Shown here: piece by piece, positions 1 to 10,498 of the stretch
Layout of the letters: each line of letters starts with the position of its first letter
How positions within the stretch are numbered: the first letter of the stretch is position 1
Assembly: GCA_048013815.1 (NCBI GenBank)
Contig: CM106586.1
Coordinates: 21,080,001 to 21,144,000 of the forward strand
Direction: 5' to 3'
Origin: Setoptus koraiensis
Lineage: Eukaryota; Animalia; Arthropoda
DNA: 64,000 nt
Program-made: the position numbers and the translations under genes
Notes under the pieces: generated by a model
What the model saw: the letters and a program-made list of their open reading frames with translations, nothing else
Database searches by the model: none
What the model was told of the DNA's origin: nothing

Positions 1-679
1 AATGCTCCTAACGTTGTCTAACAAGAGGTTGTAAGATGAGCGAGCAGCCTGTAACTTTTAATCTCGAGTGTTATCATGTTTTTGAAATGATAACATAGGT
101 GACGATAAAGAAGAAGCTCTTTACTATTATCACCATTCGAGTACCTTCCTTATGAGCCAATGTAGTCGTGATAGAACAGCAACAATGTTGGCAGTAGAAT
201 GAGCAGACCTACAACAGCAGACCAACTGATTACAGAATAAGAAAAAAATAGTTGCGATTTTTCGACTATTCGTAGATTGATTGTGGCGGTCAGGTTTATA
301 GCGGTAGTGAGCTACTAGTTTGTGTATAAAGATTAGGTTTATGTTAACAAGAGGAAGAAGAGGAAAATTGTTATAATAAAAAAAAATAATGAATAGCTCG
401 ACCGCTATTGATTATCTCACAACAAACAGCACGAGTGGTGAGACATTCATCGAACTGACAGATCGAAAACTAACGGTCACCATCACTCATAATGTTAAGA
501 ATATGCGAAATTGATCAATCATTTGATCAAGGGAGCCTTGAAAAGACTGCTGTCTGTAAAAGGCCAATCAAAGACAGGTTGGTCATCGCCATCAATACGA
601 GTTTCGGCAGCAATGAATAATATTGTTGTTGGCAAATAGGCTCTCTTGGTAAAAGCCAAGGCTTGAGTGCAGGACTTAC

Positions 680-1513
680 CCTAGCTTGATTAAATCGGTT
701 GGTGGCATCGTCTAGCTCTTTCTTCAGCTGATCCAGTTTAGTAAGTACTGATTGTTGGATGACATTACTATTGACATTATAAGAGCTACTTGAATGGAAA
801 GTGCCTGAATGTTGTTGCTGCTGCTTGTTATTGAATCCATTGTATCTTGCTTTAATAGATTCTAGATCGTTATTGGCCTTGATAAAGGATTTCCTGCATT
901 TGAGCACATTTGGTATATCATGATCTAACATTTGATTAAGTGGTTGAAGGCAATTTTTTTCTATGTTTTGTTCGTAATTCAAATACAATTGAGCCAATTG
1001 AGATTGTAATCTTGAACAGTGACTGAAAGTTGTCGCCAACAGCGAATCCGGCTTCATTCTACTTGAGGATTTTGTTAGAAATCTATTAAAACTTAATATG
1101 GGCAACTTCTTGTGTCGTTTAGTAGCCTCTATGCCCTGACTTAGAAGTGTCTTGTTCCTGCGGCCATCTCCTAATGCTTGGCCATTGCAGGAGTCATTAT
1201 CACCGTTTGCTGAATGATTGTCGGCCGTATATTGTTGCTGTTGGCCGGCAACATTGTGATTACTCGTGTTGTTGTTGTTGTTGATAGTGGCATTATAGTA
1301 TGAGGACAAAGTTGACGATGTTGATGATAGATTTGATTGCAGCTGGGAGGATATTTTCTTTTCCGCATCAATGCACACTTGACGGAGCTCGTCAAATGTC
1401 TTCTCAACATTGATTAAATTTTCACTAAAACTGTCATTGCTGGATGATTTGTCGATTCTGTTGCGTACATTAGAATCGACAAAATGTTTTATATTCAACA
1501 GTGATTTCTTCAT
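680..1513 (-). CDS. ARHGAP17: First coding exon (N-terminal BAR domain) of an ARHGAP17/ARHGAP44 (RICH/nadrin, fly RhoGAP92B)-type Rho GTPase-activating protein; the gene probably continues left of the window
   Basis: From ATG 1513: MKKSLLNIKHFVDSNVRNRIDKSSSNDSFSENLINVEKTFDELRQVC...KRHKKLP...EKNCLQPLNQMLDHDIPNVLKCRK. This aligns by eye with the human ARHGAP17 N-terminus (MKKQFNRMKQLANQTVGRAEKTEVLSEDLLQIERRLD...RHKKLP). Similarity ends at AGG|gtaagt (donor at 679). No convincing next exon was found in 1-679. ARHGAP17 and ARHGAP44 cannot be told apart from this exon. Confidence 0.85.
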
Positions 1514-3235
1514 TGATATTGAGTGTTTAAGGTATTCCAGGCTGAACAATGGTGGTATCACAATGTAATGAGCTGTATAATGATATGTTATTGGCTTAGA
1601 GAAATATGTCTTGGTCGTTGTCAATACTGTATGTCATTGAAGGATTTGGTAAGTGTGCTTGAGTGTAGCGGTGTGTGTAACATCAATAATAATATTTTTG
1701 TGATTCGAGTAGTGACAGCGCTACGAACAAACAGATTTTATCCAATTGAAATCAAGCTACTGTTGATCATTCAATTCAGCCACTTGATGATTTCAAGTAG
1801 GAACAAAATAAAATTATGTTGATCATATAGTGTTTGTAAGCTCAAGTGACGATCTAATCTTGCTGTTAATGTGGAATGATGCAAAATGGTTGCTTCATTA
1901 GCTCCAACTGTTCTTCTATTGTTACTTGTGTTCGTGTTCCAGTGCTCGACTTGGCATATGTTGCAGCTATGTTATCATCACTACTGTTGCTCAAGGCATC
2001 CATATTTGATTTGGTGTGTACTACTATTGTTTATTATTCAATATTTGTCGTTCGCTGCCTATTATCATTATTATTTATTATTGGATGTGTGATCGTCAAG
2101 ATTATAATTAGCCAAAGGCGTCGATAAAATGGCTCAACTGTTGGCTGTTCCAATATTGTATGTAATCATCGCATGCGACACTCTGTGCTCTGCTCTGCGT
2201 TCGATCTGCGTATTTTGTCCAATAATGGATTGATAATTCGAAATAAATTCGAATCTCTCTGATCACCGACGATACTAATCTTTGTATATTCTTAGAGTTT
2301 GTAATAATAATAGAGATGTTGCTGTTGTTGTTGTTGTCGTGATATTAATTTTAGAGATAATACAAACATGAGATGACGCATATTAATGTGTGATTTAGCA
2401 AGGTATGGCATTATCAACTCACTCGTACACAGTCGATGCACTAATGTTGTTCTCCCTCGCTCGCTCGTTTGCTTATATTTGGAGGAAACGTTCACTTTTT
2501 GTTGTTGCTTTTATATGGTAGCAGTGTTATCATTATTTATTTGTTTTTCAACTACTGTCCACGACCGCCAGGCTCAACTGCACACTAGCCTGCGCTGAGC
2601 GACTCAATCGCAGCGCCACCTGAACTATCGTACCTGTTCTATCAATTTGAATGTATACAGTGTACAGAAACAGGTTTCATGCCACTATTTTTACTTCAAC
2701 CTGGCTCAAATAAATTCTCTCAAGTCAGAGATTGTTCTGCCTGCTGATGCAACTGACAATTTAACGAAAGTCACCTCCCCCAATTCAACTTCCCATCATC
2801 ATGCCACTGTGGTGTGCATGCTAAATACGGTAAGAATTATATCTATTTGAGCGCGTACTACCATAACGCCATCTTCGGGACAAACAACGAATTACGCATT
2901 GCAACACATACACATGTAAACAATGGAACATGTTTCACATGAAACAGCCCCAACACAGTAACATTGTTAAACAATGCTGATGCATGCTAACGCACTAATC
3001 ATCATAGATTTGCATTTCTACCAAATGGTTGGTCTGCATTCTCGTTTGTATTATATCCGGCAACGATTATAACAATTATTCGTTTAAATATACCTAAAAA
3101 CAGCCAACTACACACATTGCTCATCATTACATCCATTTATTTAAAACCTATTTATTGAAAGTCCATTTATTCATCCCTGCTTTCCGTTGTTCGGTTGCGA
3201 AACTCACCGGGAATCTACCAACCGAAATATCTAAC

Positions 3236-4432
3236 ATGCGCCAGACCAGAAACAAATACAAATATGTCGAGTGCTTTCAGGAGGATCATCAAAAACCAAT
3301 ATTTTCGGTACAATTCAATCGATTTGCAGGATCTAACAATATATTTGCCACTGTCGCCGACAATAGAGTGACTGTCTACGAAATCAAGACCAACATCCAT
3401 CCTATTCTCTGTTTTTCCGATCCAAGTCCTAACGAGTGCTTTTATTGTTGTGCCTGGACAGTCGATACTGATGAAGAGGAGTTTATCCTTCTTGCGGCTG
3501 GACATAACGGCATAATTAGAGTTATATCGTTGAAACATTCAGGCGATAGTAAATATCTACCCGGACATGGGGGATCCATCAACGATATCCGCGTCTCACC
3601 AATTGACACCAATCTTGTACTCACTGCAAGCAAGGACCACTCTCTGAGATTGTGGAATCTAAAAACAGAGACTTGTATTGCTATATTCGGCGGCGTTGAA
3701 GGTCATCGAGACGAAGTTTTGTCCTCAGATTTCCATTGCTCTGGCACAAAAATTATCAGCTGTGGAATGGACCACTCACTTAAGATCTGGAATTTCGATA
3801 AAGATATACTTAATGCTATTGCATTGAGCCGAACATTCAACAATCGCACCGCTAAAATATCTTTTCCTACAGAGAAAAAACATTTTGCCACATACTCTAC
3901 TAGAGAAATACACAGAAATTATGTAGATTGCGTGAGTTGGTTTGGGAATTTTATTTTATCAAAATCTTGTGAAAATTCAATTATATGCTGGAAACCAGGC
4001 AAATTAGAAACTGCCACCGAAATCAAATTGCCAATGAAATACACCACTGATACCTCGAGTACAATACTGGAGAGCCTAATTACAAAAGACTGTGACATCT
4101 GGTTCATTAGATTCTCTATAGATCCCTCTATGAGATATCTAGCCTTAGGTAATAAATTAGGAAAGACTTATGTGTTTGATTTAGATAACGACGAGCATGA
4201 TAGGTATGTAGTTTCTCACAGTAAACTCTAATTGTTCACTTTGAAGGTAATGGCAGAAATTTAACACTGTCATTTTTATCTTCTAATTATATTTAGGTTT
4301 GCCCAACGCACAACATTGACACACCCAAAATGCAACGTAACCATAAGACAGGCTTGCTTCAATAATGACGCAAAAATTTTAATTTGTGTATGTGACGACG
4401 GATCCATATGGAGATGGGATAGCCAAAGTTAA
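3236..4432 (+). CDS. EED: Polycomb protein EED/Extra sex combs (PRC2 WD40 subunit), 367 aa; join(3236..4203,4297..4432)
   Basis: Motifs [51 protein letters not shown] and [10 protein letters not shown] 93-bp phase-2 intron (AG|gtatgt...atttag|G) restores the C-terminus [45 protein letters not shown]. Confidence 0.95.
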
Positions 4433-5528
4433 TGGGAAGAAAGAACTACATTGTATCTGTGACACAGACATGAACCCAAGCTATTGACCATGGTGTTGTT
4501 CTAGCATGATGACCCATCCTTCGAGACTTGACCAGTTACTTAGATCAGATAACGATCTATAATAGAACGCAAGTATTACAAAAGGCTGGCAGATAGATAA
4601 AAACAATCGATGGCCGTGCCTGAGTCTACTAGTCTACTGATGTACAGCAAAAAAAAAGAAAATTGTACAAAATAAGTAGCCTCCTTGATTGTACTGAGAA
4701 GATTTTTGTATCATATTAAGAACAATTGATCAATGATTGAAATGTGGGATCCAGAGTTTACAATTATGATCCCATCAACTAGTTTTAACTTTCTGTGTCA
4801 CGAAAGCCGTTATCAAATCTTTTTGATTGGTCTTATTCATTCAAAAGTCTAGAGAAAGACTATTGTCGAGATGATATGTTTGCGCCTTTTCTCTGTTATT
4901 TCTCTGTTATATCTAATGCGCGTGTGCAGTGGCAAGATATGTGAAGGCTCAATGTGATCTATGCGATCGCGACAATATGAGATAACATAAACAAGCGCGT
5001 ACATAGTAATCACGAGCATAGGGTCGTACCATTTTCATAAAAATTAAGTAGATCATATATGTTCTACTTGTAGAAAAACGACATGAGGCTCGATAGCAAA
5101 TTGAACACATTTAACAAGGCATTATCAAGAATATCAGGATACCTAAAAGAAACGTCGCCCGAAAATTATTTCCCATAGATTAATCTGATAAATACCATAG
5201 TACTGCCCCGAATTACAGCACGATAATATTGATTGATTCATCTTCTACTCTTATCGTCTCATCTAATAAAATAATTATCCATTTTTTGGAGCTCGGGGAC
5301 AGATATTGCAAAGTACCAGACAATAATAACGGTCTCTTACCATCAATAATGAGAAAACTACTATCCGCTATCGAAGAACATCTTAGCGAGTTCGCTGGAT
5401 TGTCAATCTTCTACTCTTGCTAGAAATGAATGCAATAAAAAGGATTACTATTTGATATAATATAACCAATGACAAACCTATTCAAGATTATTGTTATATA
5501 GTTGCGTCGAGAATCAAAATTTCTTTTC

Positions 5529-6605
5529 ATGCATAAATACGAGAAGGGAACTCAATTAGGGACGGGTGCCTATGGGGTATGTATAATCAATACTGTCATC
5601 CGCGATAATCAATAATGTGTAGAATCGATAATCTAACCTCATATATCACTCTCTCTCACAAACCGACACTCAGACTGTATTTAAAGGGAAAAACCGGGAG
5701 ACAAACGAAATAGTTGCTTTAAAAAGGGTAAGGTTAGATAATGACGATGAGGGAGTTCCCAGCAGTGCTCTGAGGGAGATCTGTTTGCTTAAAGAACTGA
5801 AGCACAAGAACATCGTAAGGTAAGTTGTGATCTTTTAAATTCTGCTCTCTAATTCTAAGTGTGCCTAAGTAGCTAACGACTTTTTGTACTAATCTCGTCT
5901 GCAAATATTAGGTTGCAAGATGTATTGCACAGCGATAAGAAGCTAACATTAGTCTTCGAGCACTGCGATCAAGATCTCAAAAAGTACTTCGACAGTCTCA
6001 ATGGTGAGATTGATCCCAATGTAGTCAAGTCGTTCTTTTACCAGTTACTCAAAGGCTTGTCTTTCTGCCATGGACACAACATTCTACACCGCGATCTCAA
6101 GCCTCAAAACCTACTTATCAACAAGAACGGCGTTTTGAAGCTGGCAGACTTCGGTCTTGCTAGAGCTTTCGGCATTCCAGTTAGGTTTTATTCAGCAGAG
6201 GTGGTTACACTATGGTATCGGCCGCCCGATGTATTATTTGGTGCCAAGTTGTATTCTACCGATGTTGATGTCTGGTCCGCTGGCTGCATATTTGCCGAGA
6301 TGGCCAACGCAGGCAGACCACTGTTCCCAGGGGCGAATGTCGACGACCAGTTGAAACGCATCTTCAAGCTGTTGGGCACACCAACTGAGGAAACGTGGCC
6401 TGGCCTCACGCAGTTGCCAGAGTACAAAACGTTTCCCTACTATCATCCGACAGCTAACTTCGCGCAGGTAGTGCATAAGCTCAACCTAAAAGGCCGCGAT
6501 TTGCTTCAAAAGCTAATCGTTTGCTACCCGGCCCGTAGAATATCGGCCGACGAGGCGCTCCGTCATTCATACTTTAACGATGTGCCGGCTGAGATAAGAG
6601 ACTGA
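5529..6605 (+). CDS. CDK5: Cyclin-dependent kinase 5; join(5529..5576,5674..5819,5912..6605)
   Basis: Exon 1 [16 protein letters not shown]. Exon 2 [49 protein letters not shown], with the CDK5-diagnostic PSSALRE. Exon 3 has [49 protein letters not shown] introns of 97 bp (5577-5673) and 92 bp (5820-5911) keep the frame. Confidence 0.97.
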
Positions 6606-6728
6606 AATCAAGCCACGTTTAGGACTGGTTATGGATCTCATAGGGGCTCGAAACAGTGTGAGTTTATGTTGGTCTGGCCACACATTTACGATTGAGGAAC
6701 ATTGTAACCTCTTGTAGAACGACATATA

Positions 6729-6734
6729 AATAAA
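6729..6734 (+). promoter_or_regulatory. Candidate polyadenylation signal for CDK5
   Basis: AATAAA ~125 nt after the CDK5 stop, in an A/T-rich stretch followed by a T-rich segment. Confidence 0.4.
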
Positions 6735-6812
6735 ATATAAAAAAGATTTGATTTTCACTAATGTGGAGGATTGCAGAGTATAATCATTAGAGCTGGCGCA
6801 ACTTTAATTAAA

Positions 6813-7445
6813 TTAATTGGCTTTCTCCACTTTCTTTTGTGCCGACTTGCCGGCGACGGCTTGCTTCTTTGCTCCTAATGTCATAGGTCTGAATTTGAAG
6901 CCATTGCGGAAACGTTGATGAACTTTACGTAGGTAACGTACTCTGCCTGTGCCTGTGGTGCGCCTCCTCTTGGCCTTCATGCTCCAGTTATACTTGCGGA
7001 TCCTTTTCTCTGGGTATCCACATGAGGCGCATTTTGATTTTTGAATATGGTAAGAGCTGCGGCCACATCGACGACACAGTGTGTGTGTCTTATTGTGGCG
7101 CTTACCAAATGACGAAGTACCCTTAGTCTGTGGTGTTGAAAATCGAGGGAATAGAGATGGATTAGTCAAATGAAGGCGTGAGGCATTGGTATTGAGGTAA
7201 AAATTTGTTCAGAATTTGAGAAATCTCTCAGATTGAATTGGCCATCATGGAGCAGAAAGCCTATCTGCATCTGGTGGAAACCGCGAATGTTTCTGTTGAT
7301 GTTCTCATCATAGAGATTCTCAAATGTATTTTATGTCTCGAATTGTGTATGCAATATTGTCATGCTGGGGAATTGTCACATCTAACGATACCTCAGATGA
7401 GGTTGTTAATGTTGTACATTAATATTAAAGGGAAATACTCACCAT
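6813..7445 (-). CDS. RPL37: 60S ribosomal protein L37 (eL37), 105 aa; join(complement 7443..7445, 6813..7127)
   Basis: [39 protein letters not shown] with the C4 zinc finger intact. The ATG sits alone at the end of an upstream exon (caacaATG|gtgagt, donor 7442). The acceptor is caccacag|ACT at 7128 with a ctaat branch motif at 7161-7165, giving a 315-bp intron. The ORF-track N-terminus [10 protein letters not shown] is intron sequence. Confidence 0.97.
7216..7323 (-). ncRNA. Box C/D snoRNA inside the RPL37 intron
   Basis: Minus strand: C box ATGATGA (7311-7305), D' CAGA (7273-7270), C'-like ATGATG, D box CTGA (7231-7228). The boxes are closed by a terminal stem, TTGAGAATCTC ... GAGATTTCTCAA, with one bulge. 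The 13-nt guide CATTCGCGGTTTC (7289-7277) is complementary to the 18S rRNA 5'-domain sequence GAAAC(C/U)GCGAAUG. Hosting in a ribosomal-protein intron is typical for snoRNAs. Confidence 0.8.
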
Positions 7446-7627
7446 TGTTGAACGCTAGAATCACTAAATAATAATGATTTAAATGTGTCGGTATCTAACC
7501 TAACTAGAATTCAAATATAATTGATTGGGACAATTCCTCAAAATAAATTATTGAAATTAAGCTCAATGCTGTAGCGATTCGATTAACGTGCCGACACCAG
7601 TGGCCACGTTATTGCATTGATCCCTGT

Positions 7628-7639
7628 GAAGGAAAGAGG
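7628..7639 (-). promoter_or_regulatory. Candidate TCT/5'TOP initiator of RPL37
   Basis: Minus strand CCTCTTTCCTTC fits the YYC+1TTTYY TCT motif of ribosomal-protein promoters, ~190 nt upstream of the ATG. Because it is followed by ACAG, it could instead be a 3' splice site. Confidence 0.35.
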
Positions 7640-8368
7640 CTAGCATCCTAGAACTCATGTGAGCTTGCCTGTACTCACATCATGCTGTTCACTACACAGC
7701 ACTGGCTGTGTTATCATGTGTCGCGCATGCTCACAATTGGCATTTCCTGTTGAGCGCGCATTTTGAGAGCCCAAAAAATTCAATTTACCATTGGTTCAGG
7801 GGAGAGCATTCACTTTTTAGAGTGGGAGGCGCACCAACCTGCTCGGGTGGAGACCTCCGACCTCCAAGAGCCAGACTTTAAGCATGAAAAGAAACTATAT
7901 TATTTTGCCGTTAATTAATTGTAATTTGCGGATTACAATGCTTCCAACCGGGTAGCAAATCGAAATAGGAGATTCTTGGGAGACTCGCCCAACCGCACAC
8001 AAGGGGAGCCGCGCGCGGTGTCATTCCGCACCATTTGTAATGAACTTTGGCATTGGTTCTGTGTGGCTCAACTCCTTCCTCCCCATGATGCAATCTTGTG
8101 GCTCGTTGCTGGCGGTGCAAAAAGTTCGACAAAATCGAATTTTTCTATATGGCCGTTGTTTACAACTTTATGTCTACACATTCTCATTGTGCGCCATTTC
8201 AGCCAATCACATTCCTAGTTCAGCGCACTTGACATAACTTTATCCCAAACTGTTGTAACACCTATCACGTCTAATTATCATATTCATTAATAATAATTAA
8301 AATAAAAATTAATATCATTAATAATCATCATTACACAAATAGAAGAACGATTGACCCAATCAACAACA

Positions 8369-8890
8369 ATGGAAACATTAGCCATATCAGCCATGAAAAC
8401 AATTGCGGCCGCCAAAAATTTAGCGGAAAAAGCCGCCGAATTGAATAGCACAAACTCATCGCTCAATGGTAGAGTGTCAGCCGAGGAAGCCAAAAGTCAT
8501 CTCATTCGTACCGAAGAATCTTACATTGATTCTAAGATACAAATTATGGAAAGCACTCTGAGACTCGTAGAGAAATCTCATTCACATTCAAACGAACTAT
8601 TGAACAGTTCAATGGATATGCTTCCTCTCCTTGCCCGGCTGAAGCATTTCTCTGAAACGGCTGAGCCCGACGAAACAACCCAGCGTCAAAGAGTTGAAAA
8701 ACTTCGTATGGAACAATCGAAAGTCATAGAAAAGTACGAGTCTAGCCCAACTTTCAAGAAAATGGTTCAGACAGAATCAGAAATCAAAGAGCTAGATGAT
8801 TGCGTAGAAGCAAGAGTTGTTGAGCTCCAGGAACTAGACAAGGAATTGGAGGATCTACAAGCACAACTCATAGATTTGAGAAGCATTTGA
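8369..8890 (+). CDS. Uncharacterised 173-aa coiled-coil protein
   Basis: Single clean ORF with an ATG in good context (acaacaATGG), no low-complexity artefact, and a heptad-like C-terminus (VVELQELDKELEDLQAQLIDLRSI). It lies inside a gene-dense cluster. No family recognised. Confidence 0.65.
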   Translation: METLAISAMKTIAAAKNLAEKAAELNSTNSSLNGRVSAEEAKSHLIRTEESYIDSKIQIMESTLRLVEKSHSHSNELLNSSMDMLPLLARLKHFSETAEPDETTQRQRVEKLRMEQSKVIEKYESSPTFKKMVQTESEIKELDDCVEARVVELQELDKELEDLQAQLIDLRSI

Positions 8891-8894
8891 TTAC

Positions 8895-9731
8895 TTATAC
8901 AAATTTATTACTTGTCAATTCAAGAACTTTGAAAAATTTTTCTTCAATGTCGTCTTTGTCATCATGCTGTAAACCAAGTATAATATCCTCCTTGTTTGAA
9001 TTGATATTGTTACATTTCAACTCATTGAGATCTAAATAAAAATTCACCTCTGTCCATACAAGCGGTTTTACCCTGTCCCTATTCATCACAGCCTCCTTAT
9101 CTTGTTTAGCCAAATACTTGACTCTGTTATTCTTCAGTTGAGCGGCCAGTTGACAATCAATGGACTCGACACTGCCCGCCTCCAGTCGTCGAGTAAATAT
9201 GGCCATAAGGATGGGATTAATTTCTGGATCATTATATCTTATAAGGCAATCTAGTAGCTTTCTACAAGTTGCAACAATGTCTTGACTAAGATGAGTGTAG
9301 GCACAATCAATGTAGGGTTTGAGGGATTCTACAAAGTCGGTCAGAGATACATGCTGTTGTCTCATCTGGTTCATGCATGTTTTCAAGCAACGATTTGCAG
9401 CCAATCTCACCTGATCTGACTGGTCAATTATGAATTTGGCCAGAGAGTCAACAAATGGTTTATTGAGACTTTTGATAAATTCGTTGTTGATAATGGAGCT
9501 CAATTGATTGAGAAGATTTAGTTTAGAATGTTGTGATATGTGGCTGCCATGTGTGAGCAGCATAGAAAGGGGATCGGTCTTGTGGAATTTGGCCTCCTTG
9601 ATGACAATTTTCTTTGATTTGAATTCAGCCCTGGTCTCATTTGAGTCCCTTTTGAGTTTGCGTCCAACTTTGAGCTTGACCTTCTGGAAATCGACGTCCT
9701 TCTTTTTGTTTTTGTTCCCTTTGCCCTTCAT
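8895..9731 (-). CDS. TEX10: TEX10/Ipi1 homologue (rixosome/PELP1-complex pre-60S factor), 278 aa, intronless CDS
   Basis: The N-terminus KKKDVDFQKVKLKVGRKLKRDSNETRAEFKSKKIVIKE matches the Ipi1_N signature (DFQKVKLKVGK...N.T...FK.K.I). It is followed by HEAT-like helices (VRLAANRCL, AYTHLSQDIVATCRKLLD). Confidence 0.9.
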   Translation of the reverse strand: MKGKGNKNKKKDVDFQKVKLKVGRKLKRDSNETRAEFKSKKIVIKEAKFHKTDPLSMLLTHGSHISQHSKLNLLNQLSSIINNEFIKSLNKPFVDSLAKFIIDQSDQVRLAANRCLKTCMNQMRQQHVSLTDFVESLKPYIDCAYTHLSQDIVATCRKLLDCLIRYNDPEINPILMAIFTRRLEAGSVESIDCQLAAQLKNNRVKYLAKQDKEAVMNRDRVKPLVWTEVNFYLDLNELKCNNINSNKEDIILGLQHDDKDDIEEKFFKVLELTSNKFV

Positions 9732-9809
9732 GATGCTTGTGACGGTGACGTTTATAATAAATTACGATGACTATGATGAATAAATGATATAAAGAAACGT
9801 GGTTAATTG

Positions 9810-9896
9810 CTGGGCAAATAAACAAATGAGGCGAGCTCCGTTGGATCTCGCCGTCACATGCTTGCATTTTCACGTAAACACGTGAGCGCGACTTAC
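9810..9896 (-). other. Probable 87-bp 5'UTR intron of TEX10
   Basis: Minus-strand donor cgcg|GTAAGT at 9896 and acceptor tttgcccAG| at 9810. The size matches the other ~90-bp introns in this cluster. Confidence 0.45.
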
Positions 9897-10490
9897 CGCG
9901 CCGCTGGGCGTGTTCTGTGCGCCAACCCGGGGTAGAGGGGTGTGTCTGTGGTACAGCAAAAAGGCTTTATCACGACAGGATAATGATGGTTACACGAACA
10001 TGATTAGTGAGAATCGAAGCTTGTGGTCAATATTACATAATACTTGTATTGGCCGAGATCGGCCACAAGTATTGACATCATCAAGTGGTTAGTGGATGCC
10101 CGATGAGCGAGCCGATCGACATGGCCCTGTCGACGTCTCTGTTAATCGTATCAGTGGCGAGCAATCATGAATCGAGAATTTCCAATTCGTTGTTGCGGTT
10201 AGTGCCATTGTTGTTGTTGTTGCTGTTGTTGTTTTACGTTTCTGTGGCCGTGGCAAATATCCGCGGCTCATATCTGCGTTCTTATCTGACACATTGTGCG
10301 AGATAAAAAGAGTTCGCAGTTTCGAAAAGAGTTTCGTGCCAGCCAGCATCCTGAGTGCAATGTAACCCTGTCCCGTTGTTTTTTCTCGTCCGAGAGAGTT
10401 CACGTAGATTATTATGTTGCAACTATACTCTCGATTGGCGCAATTTAGCACCCACATTCGCCCATTGAGCACTACAGCTTACGCTGCAAA

Positions 10491-10498
10491 TATCGATA
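10491..10498. promoter_or_regulatory. DRE-like palindrome TATCGATA
   Basis: Exact DREF-type element between the divergently oriented TEX10 and SLCO genes. A single 8-mer could occur by chance. Confidence 0.2.

Noticed and set aside
130-215. Possible small minus-strand exon (tgtag|GTCTGCTC...AAG|gtactc; SAHSTANIVAVLSRLHWLIRK)
   Set aside because: No recognisable homology to the expected next RhoGAP segment, and the donor is weak.
527-679. ORF-track C-terminal extension of the BAR ORF (VSPALKPWLL...)
   Set aside because: It follows a consensus GTAAGT donor and has no similarity to ARHGAP17/44, so it is intron read-through.
3200-3210. Minus-strand donor CCG|GTGAGT just upstream of the EED ATG, possibly a RhoGAP 5'UTR exon overlapping EED
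   Set aside because: A single motif with no supporting acceptor or transcript evidence.
4506-4640. ATGATGA...CTGA pair resembling a second C/D snoRNA
   Set aside because: No convincing terminal stem or recognisable guide; it lies in the probable EED 3'UTR rather than an intron.
4800-5423. Short ORFs or exon-like pieces between EED and CDK5 (e.g. + 5229-5423; minus MLVITMYALVYVISY...)
   Set aside because: No family recognised and no coherent splice path could be built. A small hidden gene cannot be excluded without RNA-seq.
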